This document shows, in pieces, positions 34,952-44,243 of a stretch of 64,000 nucleotides of DNA (position 1 is its first letter; each line of letters begins with the position of its first letter). The notes under the pieces are model-generated. The model was not told the origin of the DNA and did no database searches. It saw only the letters and a program-made list of their open reading frames with translations. The position numbers and the translations under genes were made by a program. Source of the stretch: Candidatus Latescibacterota bacterium (GTDB taxonomy: Bacteria > Latescibacterota > UBA2968 > GCA-2709665); assembly GCA_963667175.2 (NCBI GenBank), contig CAXXXF010000006.1, positions 288,001 through 352,000 on the forward strand, read 5' to 3'.

Positions 34952-36930
34952 GTAGAGTCGAGATGTGGCGCGGTGGTTTAGGAGTGGCCTATCTGTTTCC
35001 GCCCCTTTCGTCTGGCGGTGCCTCAATAGCCGCTCCGTGCTCCGTTTCCACGTCCCGCTCATCGAACCGGACGTGCGGATTTACCGCATCCGGCTCTCGG
35101 ACAAGGAGTCATGCGTTCGCCCACGGAAGGTTGCGCGCCTGTACTTCCAGCCGGGTCAGGCCCAACGTGTTGTAGAGGACCTGGTCATGGAAGCGTGACC
35201 TTCCCTTTCCCGGTATTCGGTACTTGTTGCACAACCACCAGCGGAGCCGTTTCCGGGTGTGGCTGTCCACACTCCGATAGGCTTTGCTGGCCAGACCAAG
35301 ACGGAAGTAGTTGCCCCACCCTGCCAGCTTTCGGTTCAGGTGGGCAATCCGTTCTTGATGGTCTTTCAGCAACCACCGTCGCGCCGTTGCCTCGCTGATG
35401 GCCCGGCAGATGTGCCGGATGGCCTTCTTTGACGGGCGCGTGCCGATATAGGCCTTTCCCGTCTTTGGCGAGTAACAGCGGCCGATGGTGTAGCCCAGAA
35501 AGTCAAATCGTCCTTCCGGGAGCGTGCATATGCCCGTCTTCTGCTCGTTCACCGTCAACTTAAGCGCTTTCATGATGGATCGCATCGCACGCATCGCTTC
35601 TTCTGCACTGCCGCGACAGCAGATCACAAAATCATCCGCGTAGTTGACAATATGAGCCTCCAGACGTTGCTGATGTCCCCGAAATTTCCATCCCAGAATG
35701 AACCGCCGCATATACAGGTTCGCCAACAGCGGGGAGATTGGGGCGCCTTGCGGTGTCCCCCTTCCCTGATCCTTGTTCGGCGTCGCTCGACGTTTGCGGC
35801 CCCGCTTGTCGGTCTCCTCAATCGGCGCGGTCAGCCACAGCTTGATCAGGCGCAGCATTCGCCCGTCACTGATGCGTCGCGCCACCGATTTCATCAACTC
35901 GGCATGCGGGATCGTGTCGAAGTAGCCGCTCAAGTCGGCGTCGATCACCTGCGTATGGCCGCGGCTCACCAGACTGTGAACCGCATTGATGGCGTCGTGC
36001 GCACTCCGTTTCGGGCGATACGCATACTGTTCCGCTGGCAGGTCCGCCTCAAAGATCGGCTCCAAGACCAGCATCGCCGCGGTTTGCACCACCCGATCCT
36101 TCACCGTCGGGATGCCCAACGGCCTTTGCTTCCCGTTCGGCTTGGGGATATATACCCGACGGATCGGAGACACCCGATACGATTTGCTCCTTACGGCTTC
36201 CGACAGTTCGCCTAACCACCGCTTTTGCCCGTATGACTCGATATCCGCAAACGTCTCGCCGTCCACGCCCGCCGCGCCGCCGTTGGCCTTGCAGCAGCGG
36301 TACGCATAAAGCAGGATGTCCTCGCGATACACTTTGTCATACAGCGCGTAGAATCGGTAGCCGGGCGATTCCTTCGCTTTGGCATGCAACGTCTTCCGCA
36401 ACTTCCGAACCTTCTCCGGAGGTCTTAGGCTCATACCAATCTCCAGGCTCTCGCTCCTTTGACGTTGCCCTTGAACCAAGGCCCCTTCCCTCCACCGGCA
36501 TTACCCGGCTTCCCGGGTACTACGGGCCTCTCCGCCACCCCACACGGCCCGGCCTGACCCTCACGGGCGTCCGGTTGGTGTCTATACACCACCGAGGGGG
36601 GCTTCCCGTGTTGCGTCGGAACTCCTTGTATACGTGCCTTCGCCATTACCCCGGCGGGACCGTTGGATGCGCGCGTTGCTCTCTTTTTCCAACGACGGCG
36701 GCCTTCCCCGATCCATGGGCGGGTCGGCTCCCGCATTACCTTTTTCGAGGCCTGCTCAGCGTTCACTCACGTTTCGGCCCGCATACTCGCCAGGTCGCCT
36801 TGCGACCCTCTACACCGGAGGCTTCGGAGATGTCGTTGCCTACGTCCCCGCTCCGGTTGCTACCGACCGCAGCAACATTTGTCGGGTGGGACTCTCACCC
36901 ACTGAAGTTCCGCGCCTTTTCACGGCGCAC
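34952..36930 (-). mobile_element. Complete group II intron (1979 nt)
   Basis: 5' GTGCGCCG at 36930; domain V GAGCCGGATGCGGTAAATCCGCACGTCCGGTTC (rc of 35064-35096); 3' end ...CTCTAC at 34952; EBS1 CATGGAT (rc of 36711-36717) pairs with exon ATCCATG. Confidence 0.95.
35109..36434 (-). CDS. ltrA: Group II intron reverse transcriptase/maturase, no endonuclease domain
   Basis: RPLGIPTVKDR, DADLSGYFD, GTPQGAPISPLLAN, YADD, FDFLGY, GWGNYF; ATG 36434; no HNH tail. Confidence 0.95.
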   Translation of the reverse strand: MSLRPPEKVRKLRKTLHAKAKESPGYRFYALYDKVYREDILLYAYRCCKANGGAAGVDGETFADIESYGQKRWLGELSEAVRSKSYRVSPIRRVYIPKPNGKQRPLGIPTVKDRVVQTAAMLVLEPIFEADLPAEQYAYRPKRSAHDAINAVHSLVSRGHTQVIDADLSGYFDTIPHAELMKSVARRISDGRMLRLIKLWLTAPIEETDKRGRKRRATPNKDQGRGTPQGAPISPLLANLYMRRFILGWKFRGHQQRLEAHIVNYADDFVICCRGSAEEAMRAMRSIMKALKLTVNEQKTGICTLPEGRFDFLGYTIGRCYSPKTGKAYIGTRPSKKAIRHICRAISEATARRWLLKDHQERIAHLNRKLAGWGNYFRLGLASKAYRSVDSHTRKRLRWWLCNKYRIPGKGRSRFHDQVLYNTLGLTRLEVQARNLPWANA

Positions 36931-36955
36931 CATGGATGGACAGGATGAGCAGGAT
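36931..36955 (+). repeat. Remainder of the interrupted repeat core (5' exon)
   Basis: CATGGATGGACAGGATGAGCAGGAT, identical to 34785-34809. Confidence 0.92.
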
Positions 36956-37192
36956 CATAACATGATGCAGGAAAAAGCCTGGAGCGGGATAAATGCTCAC
37001 AATTCCGGGCCAAAGCGATGGATCCTTAACCCCTTTAGTTCGCCTGGCGCGGCTCTGCTATGCCCAGCCGCAACCAAATATCACGGGGAGCACGGTATTG
37101 TTTACATCCTCCCACTCTTCTGTGGTGGGGCCTGAATGTCGACTATTTGCTGCTTCTGAAAATAAATGGAAGCTGACAACTGTTCTTCCTGA

Positions 37193-37220
37193 CCACTGGC
37201 CACTGGCCACTATTTACTGC
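37193..37220. repeat. Heptamer tandem repeat (CCACTGG/CCACTAT) x4
   Basis: ccactgg ccactgg ccactat ttactgc. Confidence 0.55.
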
Positions 37221-37323
37221 TCCTGGTAATGACATTTCCCTTGACACGTTGGACATTGCACGCTTCCTTTACATAAATGGATCAATGTTAAAGTAAAGCC
37301 GAAATTCAACCGGAAAGTGCGCA

Positions 37324-37593
37324 ATGTTACGGAAAATTCTCAGGAATGATTACTTCCAGATGCTCACCTTTCTGGTGGCCCTCGCTGGTACAGTCTGGGG
37401 CGCTGTATGGACGCTTAACACGAGACTCGAAGACAGGCTGACTCAACTAATAAACAATCTCGAAAGCAGAGTTACACAACGGATAGACAGACTCGAAGAC
37501 AATATGAATAATCGCTTCGGGGAAATCGAAAAACGCCTGGATTCCTTCGGCGAGCGTATTGCCAGAAACGAAGCCAGATTAGACGCACAGTAA
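37324..37593 (+). CDS. Small protein with N-terminal TM segment and coiled coil
   Basis: 89 aa; hydrophobic FLVALAGTVWGAVW followed by RLEDRL/RIDRLE/RIARNEARL repeats. Confidence 0.7.
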   Translation: MLRKILRNDYFQMLTFLVALAGTVWGAVWTLNTRLEDRLTQLINNLESRVTQRIDRLEDNMNNRFGEIEKRLDSFGERIARNEARLDAQ

Positions 37594-37613
37594 ACGCCTA
37601 CCGAATGCCAGTC

Positions 37614-37697
37614 CGTTGATAGAGTCCATCCGGGCTGCCTGCCTTGCCGGCAGACAGGCGTCCGATCCTTGTGACTAGATGGCGCCGTTGCGCTTCC
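37614..37697 (+). repeat. About 65-bp dispersed repeat carrying a 21-bp CCTG...CAGG insertion (37638-37658)
   Basis: Aligns with 44089-44170 (CGTTGATARAGTCCATCC...CGTCCG..CCTTGTGAC...CGTTGCGCT). Confidence 0.7.
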
Positions 37698-37840
37698 CCC
37701 CTGCATTTCAACCAACGCAGCCACGACGTTTCGATCCCTCGCCCTTGCCCGACTTCAAAACGGGAGGGACGCCAGTAATCAACGCGCTGGCGACCTCTTT
37801 CCAATTCACGTACCCCCTTGCGGCAATTGACTTCTGCCAC

Positions 37841-37883
37841 GTATTTTTTCGTGTTTTTCGCGTGTTTCGTAGTTTCTGACGTT
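37841..37883 (-). repeat. A-rich repeat module, locus R6 (inverted)
   Basis: Reverse complement of the exact 24-mer at 37856-37879. Confidence 0.85.
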
Positions 37884-37900
37884 ATCTTCCAGTTCGCTTC

Positions 37901-40312
37901 CTACTTCTCCAGTATCTGAAACCGCCCCTCGCGAACCGTCTGCTGACCGCTCACCAGGTCCTTTACCGTCATTTTCACCCGGTAGCGCCCGGGCTTGCCC
38001 TTTCGCAGGTCCAATTCGACGTAATCGGATTCGTCAGGCGAAGTACCCGCCTGCTGATAGCTTACCGTAACCATTTCACCCGATCCCTTACGGGCCAGCG
38101 TTTTCAGTTTCTTACGCCCGCGGCGCACCTCGTACCCCACTTCGTACCGGGTGTTGCCGAAGGAATCCCTCGCCAGGTTGTAAATCTCGAAATACACGTA
38201 AACCGGATCGCCGGCGCGAAACGCCCTGGACGGCGCCGCGGCAATCTGCCAGTTCCCCCGGACCGATTTCGGGTCTGCGTCCGGGCGCGCCTCGACGACG
38301 CGGTACGCCACCTGGAGATCGCTCAGGAGCAGCCGCCCGCTATCGTAGTCGGGCACCTCGACCTCCTGGTGATACGCCTGCAGCCGGTTCGTATTCAGCC
38401 TGGACATCTGCAATGCAAGCCGATAGGCGCCCGGCGGCGCGGTCAGGTCGACCCGGTCGACGGCCAGAAGCCCCTTACCCTTTGCCGAAGGCGATAATCG
38501 CACCTCCAGCCGGTCCCGCGTTGTCCGCGCCTGCTCCGTCCGGTTTTCGATCAGGGCGATGCGCCGGTCGAGCGTGACCGTGGTGTCAGTGTCTCCCTTC
38601 ACCAGGACGTTGTCCAGCGGCAGTCCCAGATTCAGCTGAAGATCCGCCTCTCCGTTGCGGCCCCGGAACGTCAGGGCTTCGTAGTAGAACTCCATGGGAT
38701 CCAGGTGAGAAAGATCGTACCGCTCCGGCAGATCCTTCGAGATTCGCGCCACCCGGGCGCCCGGCGCCAGGTTGGGCAACCGCGTCATCAGGCGGCGCAT
38801 GGGGCCCTGGCGCTGCATGGAGAGTTCGTCCAGATCGTACCCGTCCGGGGTAGGCTCCGGAGCGAAATCGTAGATGCCGCTGTATAATTCGTCCGTAAAT
38901 ACCACTTCGAGGCCATTCCCGACGTCGGTATAGATCCAGACTTCCCATCCCACTTTCGAGTAATCCATCGCCGTGGTCACCGGCTTGTAATACGTGAGCC
39001 CCACGTCGATTTCTTCCGGGCCCGGCACGGGCTGATGGCTGGTCCGCCAGTCGGTGTTGGAAAGCGTCCGTTCTGCCGATCGGTCCGACCGGATGGGGTA
39101 CACCGGACCTATGAAGTTCATGTTGTGCCCGCGTTTTCCGTACAGCTGAAACGCCAGCTTTTCCTGCACGCGCTGCACCTTGAGCGGCACCTGCGCGTTG
39201 ATCTTCCTCCAGTTCGACTTCCAGTCGGGCTTGCCGTACCTGACGAACACCCGGCCCCTGGCGTCGAAGGGCCACTTGATTTCACCGTAAAGGGTCATCG
39301 CCCGCCAGACGCGGCGGTAGTGCTCCACGCGCCGCATCGCGCCGCCGGACGTCTGGAACGGGTCGCGCGTCAGCCAGAACCGCCGCAGGAAGGCTTCCCT
39401 CTCTTCAGGCGGTGTATTCCGGAAGGCCTGGACGTCGTCCGGCCCGGCCACGATGGAAACGTCGTGAAAGACCGACCGCGTCTTTGCCGGTTGAAGTAAG
39501 ATATACTGCTCAAACGCCGCAAGGGCCTCTTCGTGATCGCCCCAGGCGGCCAGGACCTGCGATTCGAGGGGCAGCCCCCGCCGCGGACCCATCAGCGCCG
39601 CCAGCTGCATCACCTCGTCGTACCGGCCGATTTCCAGAAGGTACAGCGCAAAGTCAAACGCGGATTCCTCGTCGTCCGGGTCGCGAGCGAGGAACTCCTG
39701 AAAATACTTGATCGCCTCGCGCGAATTTCCCTGCGATAGATGGTAATCGGCAAGCAGCATGTAGGAAGGCGCATGGTCCGGGTCGTATCGGAGCGCTTCC
39801 CGGGCCGCGGCCAGGACCTCTTTCTTCTTTCGCAATTTCAGATATGCCCGTCCCATCAGGTGATGGGCGTCGACGTAGGCGGAGTCGGCGCCGATGGCGC
39901 GTTCCAGGTTACTCAGCGCACGTTTTGGGTTGTTCATCAACTCGAGATAAACGCGACCCAGCCCGTATCGCGCCGCCACCAGCGTGGAATCCTCAATGAG
40001 CGCGTCGCGAAAACGCGCCCTCGCCCGCTGTGCGTCCCTTGCCTTGAGATAGAGCATGCCCAGGCGCACGCGCAGCAGGGCGGGGCTGGGGTACGCTTTC
40101 AGGGCGCCCTCCAGCTGACCGATCGCCACCCTGATGGAGTCCGGGTGCTCGGACTTCATCGCGCGGACGTAGACCGCGTTCACCTCGGCGGGCGAAAGCG
40201 CGTCCGCCCGCGCCGATGCGGCGCCCCAACCGAAGATGCAGAGGACCAGAACCGAAAGAAACGCCTGCCGGCGCCGGTACCCGCGGTCGTCTACCAAGTA
40301 ATGCATCTTCAC
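37901..40312 (-). CDS. TPR + GWxTD-domain exported protein (paralog of 17719-21219)
   Basis: FWLTRDP...EHYRRVWRA...FDARGRVFVRYGKP, WEVWIY, LLSDLQVA, VYFEIYNL. Confidence 0.85.
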   Translation of the reverse strand: MKMHYLVDDRGYRRRQAFLSVLVLCIFGWGAASARADALSPAEVNAVYVRAMKSEHPDSIRVAIGQLEGALKAYPSPALLRVRLGMLYLKARDAQRARARFRDALIEDSTLVAARYGLGRVYLELMNNPKRALSNLERAIGADSAYVDAHHLMGRAYLKLRKKKEVLAAAREALRYDPDHAPSYMLLADYHLSQGNSREAIKYFQEFLARDPDDEESAFDFALYLLEIGRYDEVMQLAALMGPRRGLPLESQVLAAWGDHEEALAAFEQYILLQPAKTRSVFHDVSIVAGPDDVQAFRNTPPEEREAFLRRFWLTRDPFQTSGGAMRRVEHYRRVWRAMTLYGEIKWPFDARGRVFVRYGKPDWKSNWRKINAQVPLKVQRVQEKLAFQLYGKRGHNMNFIGPVYPIRSDRSAERTLSNTDWRTSHQPVPGPEEIDVGLTYYKPVTTAMDYSKVGWEVWIYTDVGNGLEVVFTDELYSGIYDFAPEPTPDGYDLDELSMQRQGPMRRLMTRLPNLAPGARVARISKDLPERYDLSHLDPMEFYYEALTFRGRNGEADLQLNLGLPLDNVLVKGDTDTTVTLDRRIALIENRTEQARTTRDRLEVRLSPSAKGKGLLAVDRVDLTAPPGAYRLALQMSRLNTNRLQAYHQEVEVPDYDSGRLLLSDLQVAYRVVEARPDADPKSVRGNWQIAAAPSRAFRAGDPVYVYFEIYNLARDSFGNTRYEVGYEVRRGRKKLKTLARKGSGEMVTVSYQQAGTSPDESDYVELDLRKGKPGRYRVKMTVKDLVSGQQTVREGRFQILEK

Positions 40313-40346
40313 AATCCTCCCGCGCCAATTTGATACATCAGATATG

Positions 40347-40365
40347 TTGGTAAACGCGTTACCAA
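40347..40365. promoter_or_regulatory. Possible operator palindrome
   Basis: TTGGTAA-ACGCG-TTACCAA, 35 bp upstream of the GWxTD start. Confidence 0.35.
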
Positions 40366-40657
40366 AACGTTCAACTCCGCGACGTCGTAAACGTAACTGG
40401 CTGATCGAACGACGTTCCGCCCCATCCGTCGCACCCGCGCCGGCGTCGCGGCGAGTGCCGCGTCAGCGACGGTAAAATGGAAACCCTGCCCGTGTCTGCC
40501 ATTTTAACGAATCAGCGCCTGAAAAGATCACGTGAATTTACGACATTTCCGACAGATCGCAAACGACGTCGCCAAAAAGCCCCCGGAAGTCCTCCGAAGG
40601 CGTTTCGCTGGTAGGTACATCCATCTGGAAGCGGCCTGCAAGCGGCAGACCCCTTAC

Positions 40658-41881
40658 TCAGTGAATGCCCAGGTTCTGCCAGAACGTGCCCCATGCGAAC
40701 CAGAACCCATTGTGCGAGGGCAACTGGGTCAGCTTCCTGCCCTGGTGCGTGCCGGCGACGCCCACTCCCTTCAGGTTCCAGGTGGTTCCGGTCTCCTCGT
40801 CTTGCAGCAGGAACGGATAGGCGGGCAGCGTCGAATCCATCTTCTCGAACGTGAGCGTGGTTGACTGGCCGTTGACGCTGATCTCACGCGAGAAGGGAAT
40901 GGCCAGCTGCGCATCCCGATAGTGGACGACGACGATGGGATGTTGTATCGGGCCTTCAGATATCACGTCGTTGATGACGTCTTGGGCGTGCATGGCCTGG
41001 AAGGGATAGGCCTTGACCAACTCGCCGAAGCGGACGCCCATCGCCAGGTCCTTGGCGCCGAACAGGGCCGACGTGGATGTGTCCATATTCGGAAATATGA
41101 TATACGAGTGCGACATCCGATAGTCCTGGGCGCCTGAAATATATGGATACTGGGTGTATTGGTTGAGGGGGTAGCTGGTCGAGTTCCCGTCGATGACCCT
41201 GGTGTCGGGGTGGATCCGTTTCCAGTACCCCCACATGCACTCGGTCATTGGCAGCAACTCCAGTTCCTCGCCCTGTCGCGGCCCGAGTACCGCCTTGTAG
41301 ATCATCTGCGGGTAAAGCGACTGCCTGTCACGCCGGTCGTACATGATCAGGTTGTTGTTGAAAAGCAGGCCGGACACGCCCAGGTGTATGCGTTCGCCAT
41401 CGTCGGCGACACCGTTGAATACCATCCCGGTGCCGGTCAGGGGGCACAGCGTCACGATCACGCTTTCGTCGCCGGCCGTATCGTTGATGATCTCGTGCCA
41501 CCAGCCGATATTGTGGGGATAGGCCCTGGGCTCCCCGTTGATCACGATCCCCATGACGATGTCGTCGTCCCGAAGATACCCCGCGCCCGAAGCGCCGGCG
41601 CTGACGAAATCGGGATCGGTGACCGCCGGAATACAATCGGCGCCGTTGCATCCGATGGCGATGTCATCAATCGGAAACGACGACACGTCCAGGAAGTTAC
41701 CACCGGCCATCGGGGGGCGGGCATGCTCGCTGCGGCTGTCCGATGAAGCCGACCCGCCCGTGCCCGAACCCGATCCACCGCCTCCGGTACCGCCGGATGG
41801 GCCGCTAACGGTGTTCCCGCCGCTTCCGCACGCCGCGAATGCAAGAGCGACGATCAAGGGTAACGAATAGAGACGGTTCAT
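40658..41881 (-). CDS. DUF3179-domain lipoprotein
   Basis: Lipobox FAAC, G/S linker, CIPAV.DP.F, RAYP....WHEIIND, TLCPLTG, GVSGLL..NLIMYDR, FWFAW. Confidence 0.85.
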   Translation of the reverse strand: MNRLYSLPLIVALAFAACGSGGNTVSGPSGGTGGGGSGSGTGGSASSDSRSEHARPPMAGGNFLDVSSFPIDDIAIGCNGADCIPAVTDPDFVSAGASGAGYLRDDDIVMGIVINGEPRAYPHNIGWWHEIINDTAGDESVIVTLCPLTGTGMVFNGVADDGERIHLGVSGLLFNNNLIMYDRRDRQSLYPQMIYKAVLGPRQGEELELLPMTECMWGYWKRIHPDTRVIDGNSTSYPLNQYTQYPYISGAQDYRMSHSYIIFPNMDTSTSALFGAKDLAMGVRFGELVKAYPFQAMHAQDVINDVISEGPIQHPIVVVHYRDAQLAIPFSREISVNGQSTTLTFEKMDSTLPAYPFLLQDEETGTTWNLKGVGVAGTHQGRKLTQLPSHNGFWFAWGTFWQNLGIH

Positions 41882-42007
41882 TCCTGGCCTCAGTCGGGTC
41901 GCGTAAAGGACTTGAGCGTTCAGGGCGAACTTAATGGATTCCGATTTCCGGGAATAAATATACCGGATACGGGATGTAATGTAAACAGTACAAAGTTAGC
42001 GCGTTCC

Positions 42008-42036
42008 TTGACTAAATTCCAACTTCCATATATTTT
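42008..42036 (+). promoter_or_regulatory. Putative sigma70 promoter
   Basis: TTGACT-17 bp-TATTTT. Confidence 0.45.
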
Positions 42037-42091
42037 ATGCCTCGCCCGCAGAGCGACTTTATCAACGGACTGCCAACAACGTTCCCGCCAG

Positions 42092-44083
42092 ATGGCACTG
42101 CCAAAACCGCAAGCGACTTCCCCTGAATCGGAAGCCGGCCTCCAGGATCGGGGAATTACCCTCCGTTCCGTGGGGATGGGCGTGCTCGTGTCGGCCCTGA
42201 CCAGCGGCTGGGTCGCCTATTCCCGCACGGCCGCGGACACGTCGTCGGTCAATATCACCCACCTGCCCGTTTCCTTTCTCGGCGTCTTCCTCGTTGTCCT
42301 CACGATCAACCTGATCCTCCGCGCGCGGCCCGGGTCGACCGGTCTGGGTCCATCCGAGATGCTTGTGATCATGGCCATGGGCCTCGTCGCCGCGATGATC
42401 CCGGCACGCGGGCTGACCGGCATCTGGCTGGGACTGATGGCCGTCCCGTACTACCGCAGCACCCCCGAAAACGGCTGGATCGACTATATCCAGCCCCATC
42501 TTCCGGACTATCTGTTCCCGACCAACGACGGCCGGCAGACGTCTCTGCTCTACGAGGGCCTGCCGCCGGGCGCCGATATTCCCTGGAACGTCTGGTACCT
42601 CCCGCTGTTCTGGTGGCTCACGCTCATTCTGGCGGGATTCACGGTTTGCGCGTGCATCGCGGCGATCCTCCGAAAACAGTGGGTTGAGTACGAACGCCTC
42701 GACTATCCCCTCCTGGCGCCGATTCTGGAAACCATCGACGACGTCCGCGACCCTTCGGGTAAGAACAAGTGGCCGGACTACTTCAAGGGGCGCCTCTTCT
42801 GGATCGGATTCGGAATCGCCTTCGGAATCATTGGCTGGAACATGATCTCCTATTTCCAGCCCACGTGGCCGCGCATCAGCATGAGCCCGAACAAGGGCCT
42901 GTTCTACTTCGCGCGGGTCTTTCCGCCCCTGCTCACGCATATCAATACGTACACGATCGGCTTCGGGTATTTCGTGAAGCTGGAAATCCTCTTCTCCATC
43001 TGGTTCTTCCACTTCCTGCTGATGTCCGAGATCGCCCTGATCAGAAAAACCGGCTTTCAGTTCGGCCGGATGCACAAGTCCGGCGGCGGATGGGGCGATC
43101 CGCTCGTGCAGTGGCAGTGTCTCGGCGCGCTCTTCGTCTTCGTCGCGTGGGGGTTCTGGGCCGCGCGGCGCCATCTCAGAGACGTGATCCGCAAGGCATT
43201 CTTCAATGAACCCGGCGTGGATGATTCCAACGAAATTCTCTCGTACCGCACGGCCGTCATCGGGTTTATCGCGGGAAACCTCTACATTGTCGCCTGGCTG
43301 CACCAGGCGGGTATCGAACTCGCATTGATGGCCATCACCGTTCCGGCGTCGATCATCATCTATATCGCGCTGGCGAGATTCGTGTGCGAGTCCGGCACGC
43401 TCTACCTGGGCCTGCCCACCAGCCCCCTGGATATGGGCTATCAGATCCTGGGCACCGAGACCATTTCCGCAAGGGTGCTGACCGCATCGGCCACGTCGCA
43501 CGCGCTCCGGTGGATGTATTTCATGCCGGCGCTTTCCCAGGGCGTCAAGGCCATCGACCGCGCGCGGGGCAACCGCCGCATGTTGTTCTGGGCCGTGCTG
43601 GGCGGACTCCTCACCGCGTTGGCCGTGAACGTCTGGATGGTGCTCTATCTCGGATATAAATACGGGGCGTTCAACTTCACGGAATATCCCTTCACGAGGT
43701 ATGCGCCCCGCCTTTACGATGCCGTCGTGTCGAACATAAAATCGCCGGAACCGGCCTCGTGGGAACGACTCGTGCTGTTCGGATTCGGCGGACTCATCAT
43801 GGCCGCGCTCACGCTTTTGCGATACCGTCTGCCGTGGTGGCCGCTGCACCCCGTGGGATTCATCGTGACCACGACCAGCCTGCTTCACGAAATCACCGCC
43901 ATCCTCATCGTCTGGCTGTTCAAAGCCATTGTCATGCGCGTTGGCGGCGTGGGACTGTATCGCTATTTCCTTCCGCTCTTCTTCGGAATCATCGTCGGCC
44001 GGGCCACGGGTGTCCTGGTCTCGTTTCTGGTGGATCTGATCTGGTTTCCCGGAGGGGGCCACCACGTCCATGGATGGGCTTAA
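42092..44083 (+). CDS. Polytopic membrane protein, DUF6785/DUF6784 putative peptide-transporter type
   Basis: ILRKQWVEYERLDYPL, ARFVCESG, WWPLHPVG, PLFFGIIVG motifs; ATG 42092. Confidence 0.75.
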   Translation: MALPKPQATSPESEAGLQDRGITLRSVGMGVLVSALTSGWVAYSRTAADTSSVNITHLPVSFLGVFLVVLTINLILRARPGSTGLGPSEMLVIMAMGLVAAMIPARGLTGIWLGLMAVPYYRSTPENGWIDYIQPHLPDYLFPTNDGRQTSLLYEGLPPGADIPWNVWYLPLFWWLTLILAGFTVCACIAAILRKQWVEYERLDYPLLAPILETIDDVRDPSGKNKWPDYFKGRLFWIGFGIAFGIIGWNMISYFQPTWPRISMSPNKGLFYFARVFPPLLTHINTYTIGFGYFVKLEILFSIWFFHFLLMSEIALIRKTGFQFGRMHKSGGGWGDPLVQWQCLGALFVFVAWGFWAARRHLRDVIRKAFFNEPGVDDSNEILSYRTAVIGFIAGNLYIVAWLHQAGIELALMAITVPASIIIYIALARFVCESGTLYLGLPTSPLDMGYQILGTETISARVLTASATSHALRWMYFMPALSQGVKAIDRARGNRRMLFWAVLGGLLTALAVNVWMVLYLGYKYGAFNFTEYPFTRYAPRLYDAVVSNIKSPEPASWERLVLFGFGGLIMAALTLLRYRLPWWPLHPVGFIVTTTSLLHEITAILIVWLFKAIVMRVGGVGLYRYFLPLFFGIIVGRATGVLVSFLVDLIWFPGGGHHVHGWA

Positions 44084-44088
44084 CAGCC

Positions 44089-44170
44089 CGTTGATAAAGT
44101 CCATCCTGCCAGCGTCCGGCCCTTGTGACCGAACTACGGCGTTGCCTGCCTGCAGCAGGCAGGCGCTCCC
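44089..44170 (+). repeat. Second copy of the about 65-bp repeat, with a 19-bp CCTG...CAGG insertion (44145-44163)
   Basis: See 37614-37697; the insertion is at a different position. Confidence 0.7.
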
Positions 44171-44243
44171 TTGACAGGTCTCCTCGTTTCCGCGTTATTT
44201 TTCATTCAACCTGCACCGTGTCGTCTCTCCGGAGGAATTGCCC

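Noticed and set aside
35109-36434. Retron or defence-type RT
   Set aside because: Domain V, GUGCG/AC ends, EBS1-IBS1 pairing and the maturase X domain identify a group II intron
21244-37883. Integron attC cassette array
   Set aside because: No RYYYAAC...GTTRRRY palindromic sites and no intI gene seen
40658-41881. Selenoprotein readthrough in DUF3179
   Set aside because: The ORF is continuous from lipobox to the FWFAW end, with no in-frame TGA
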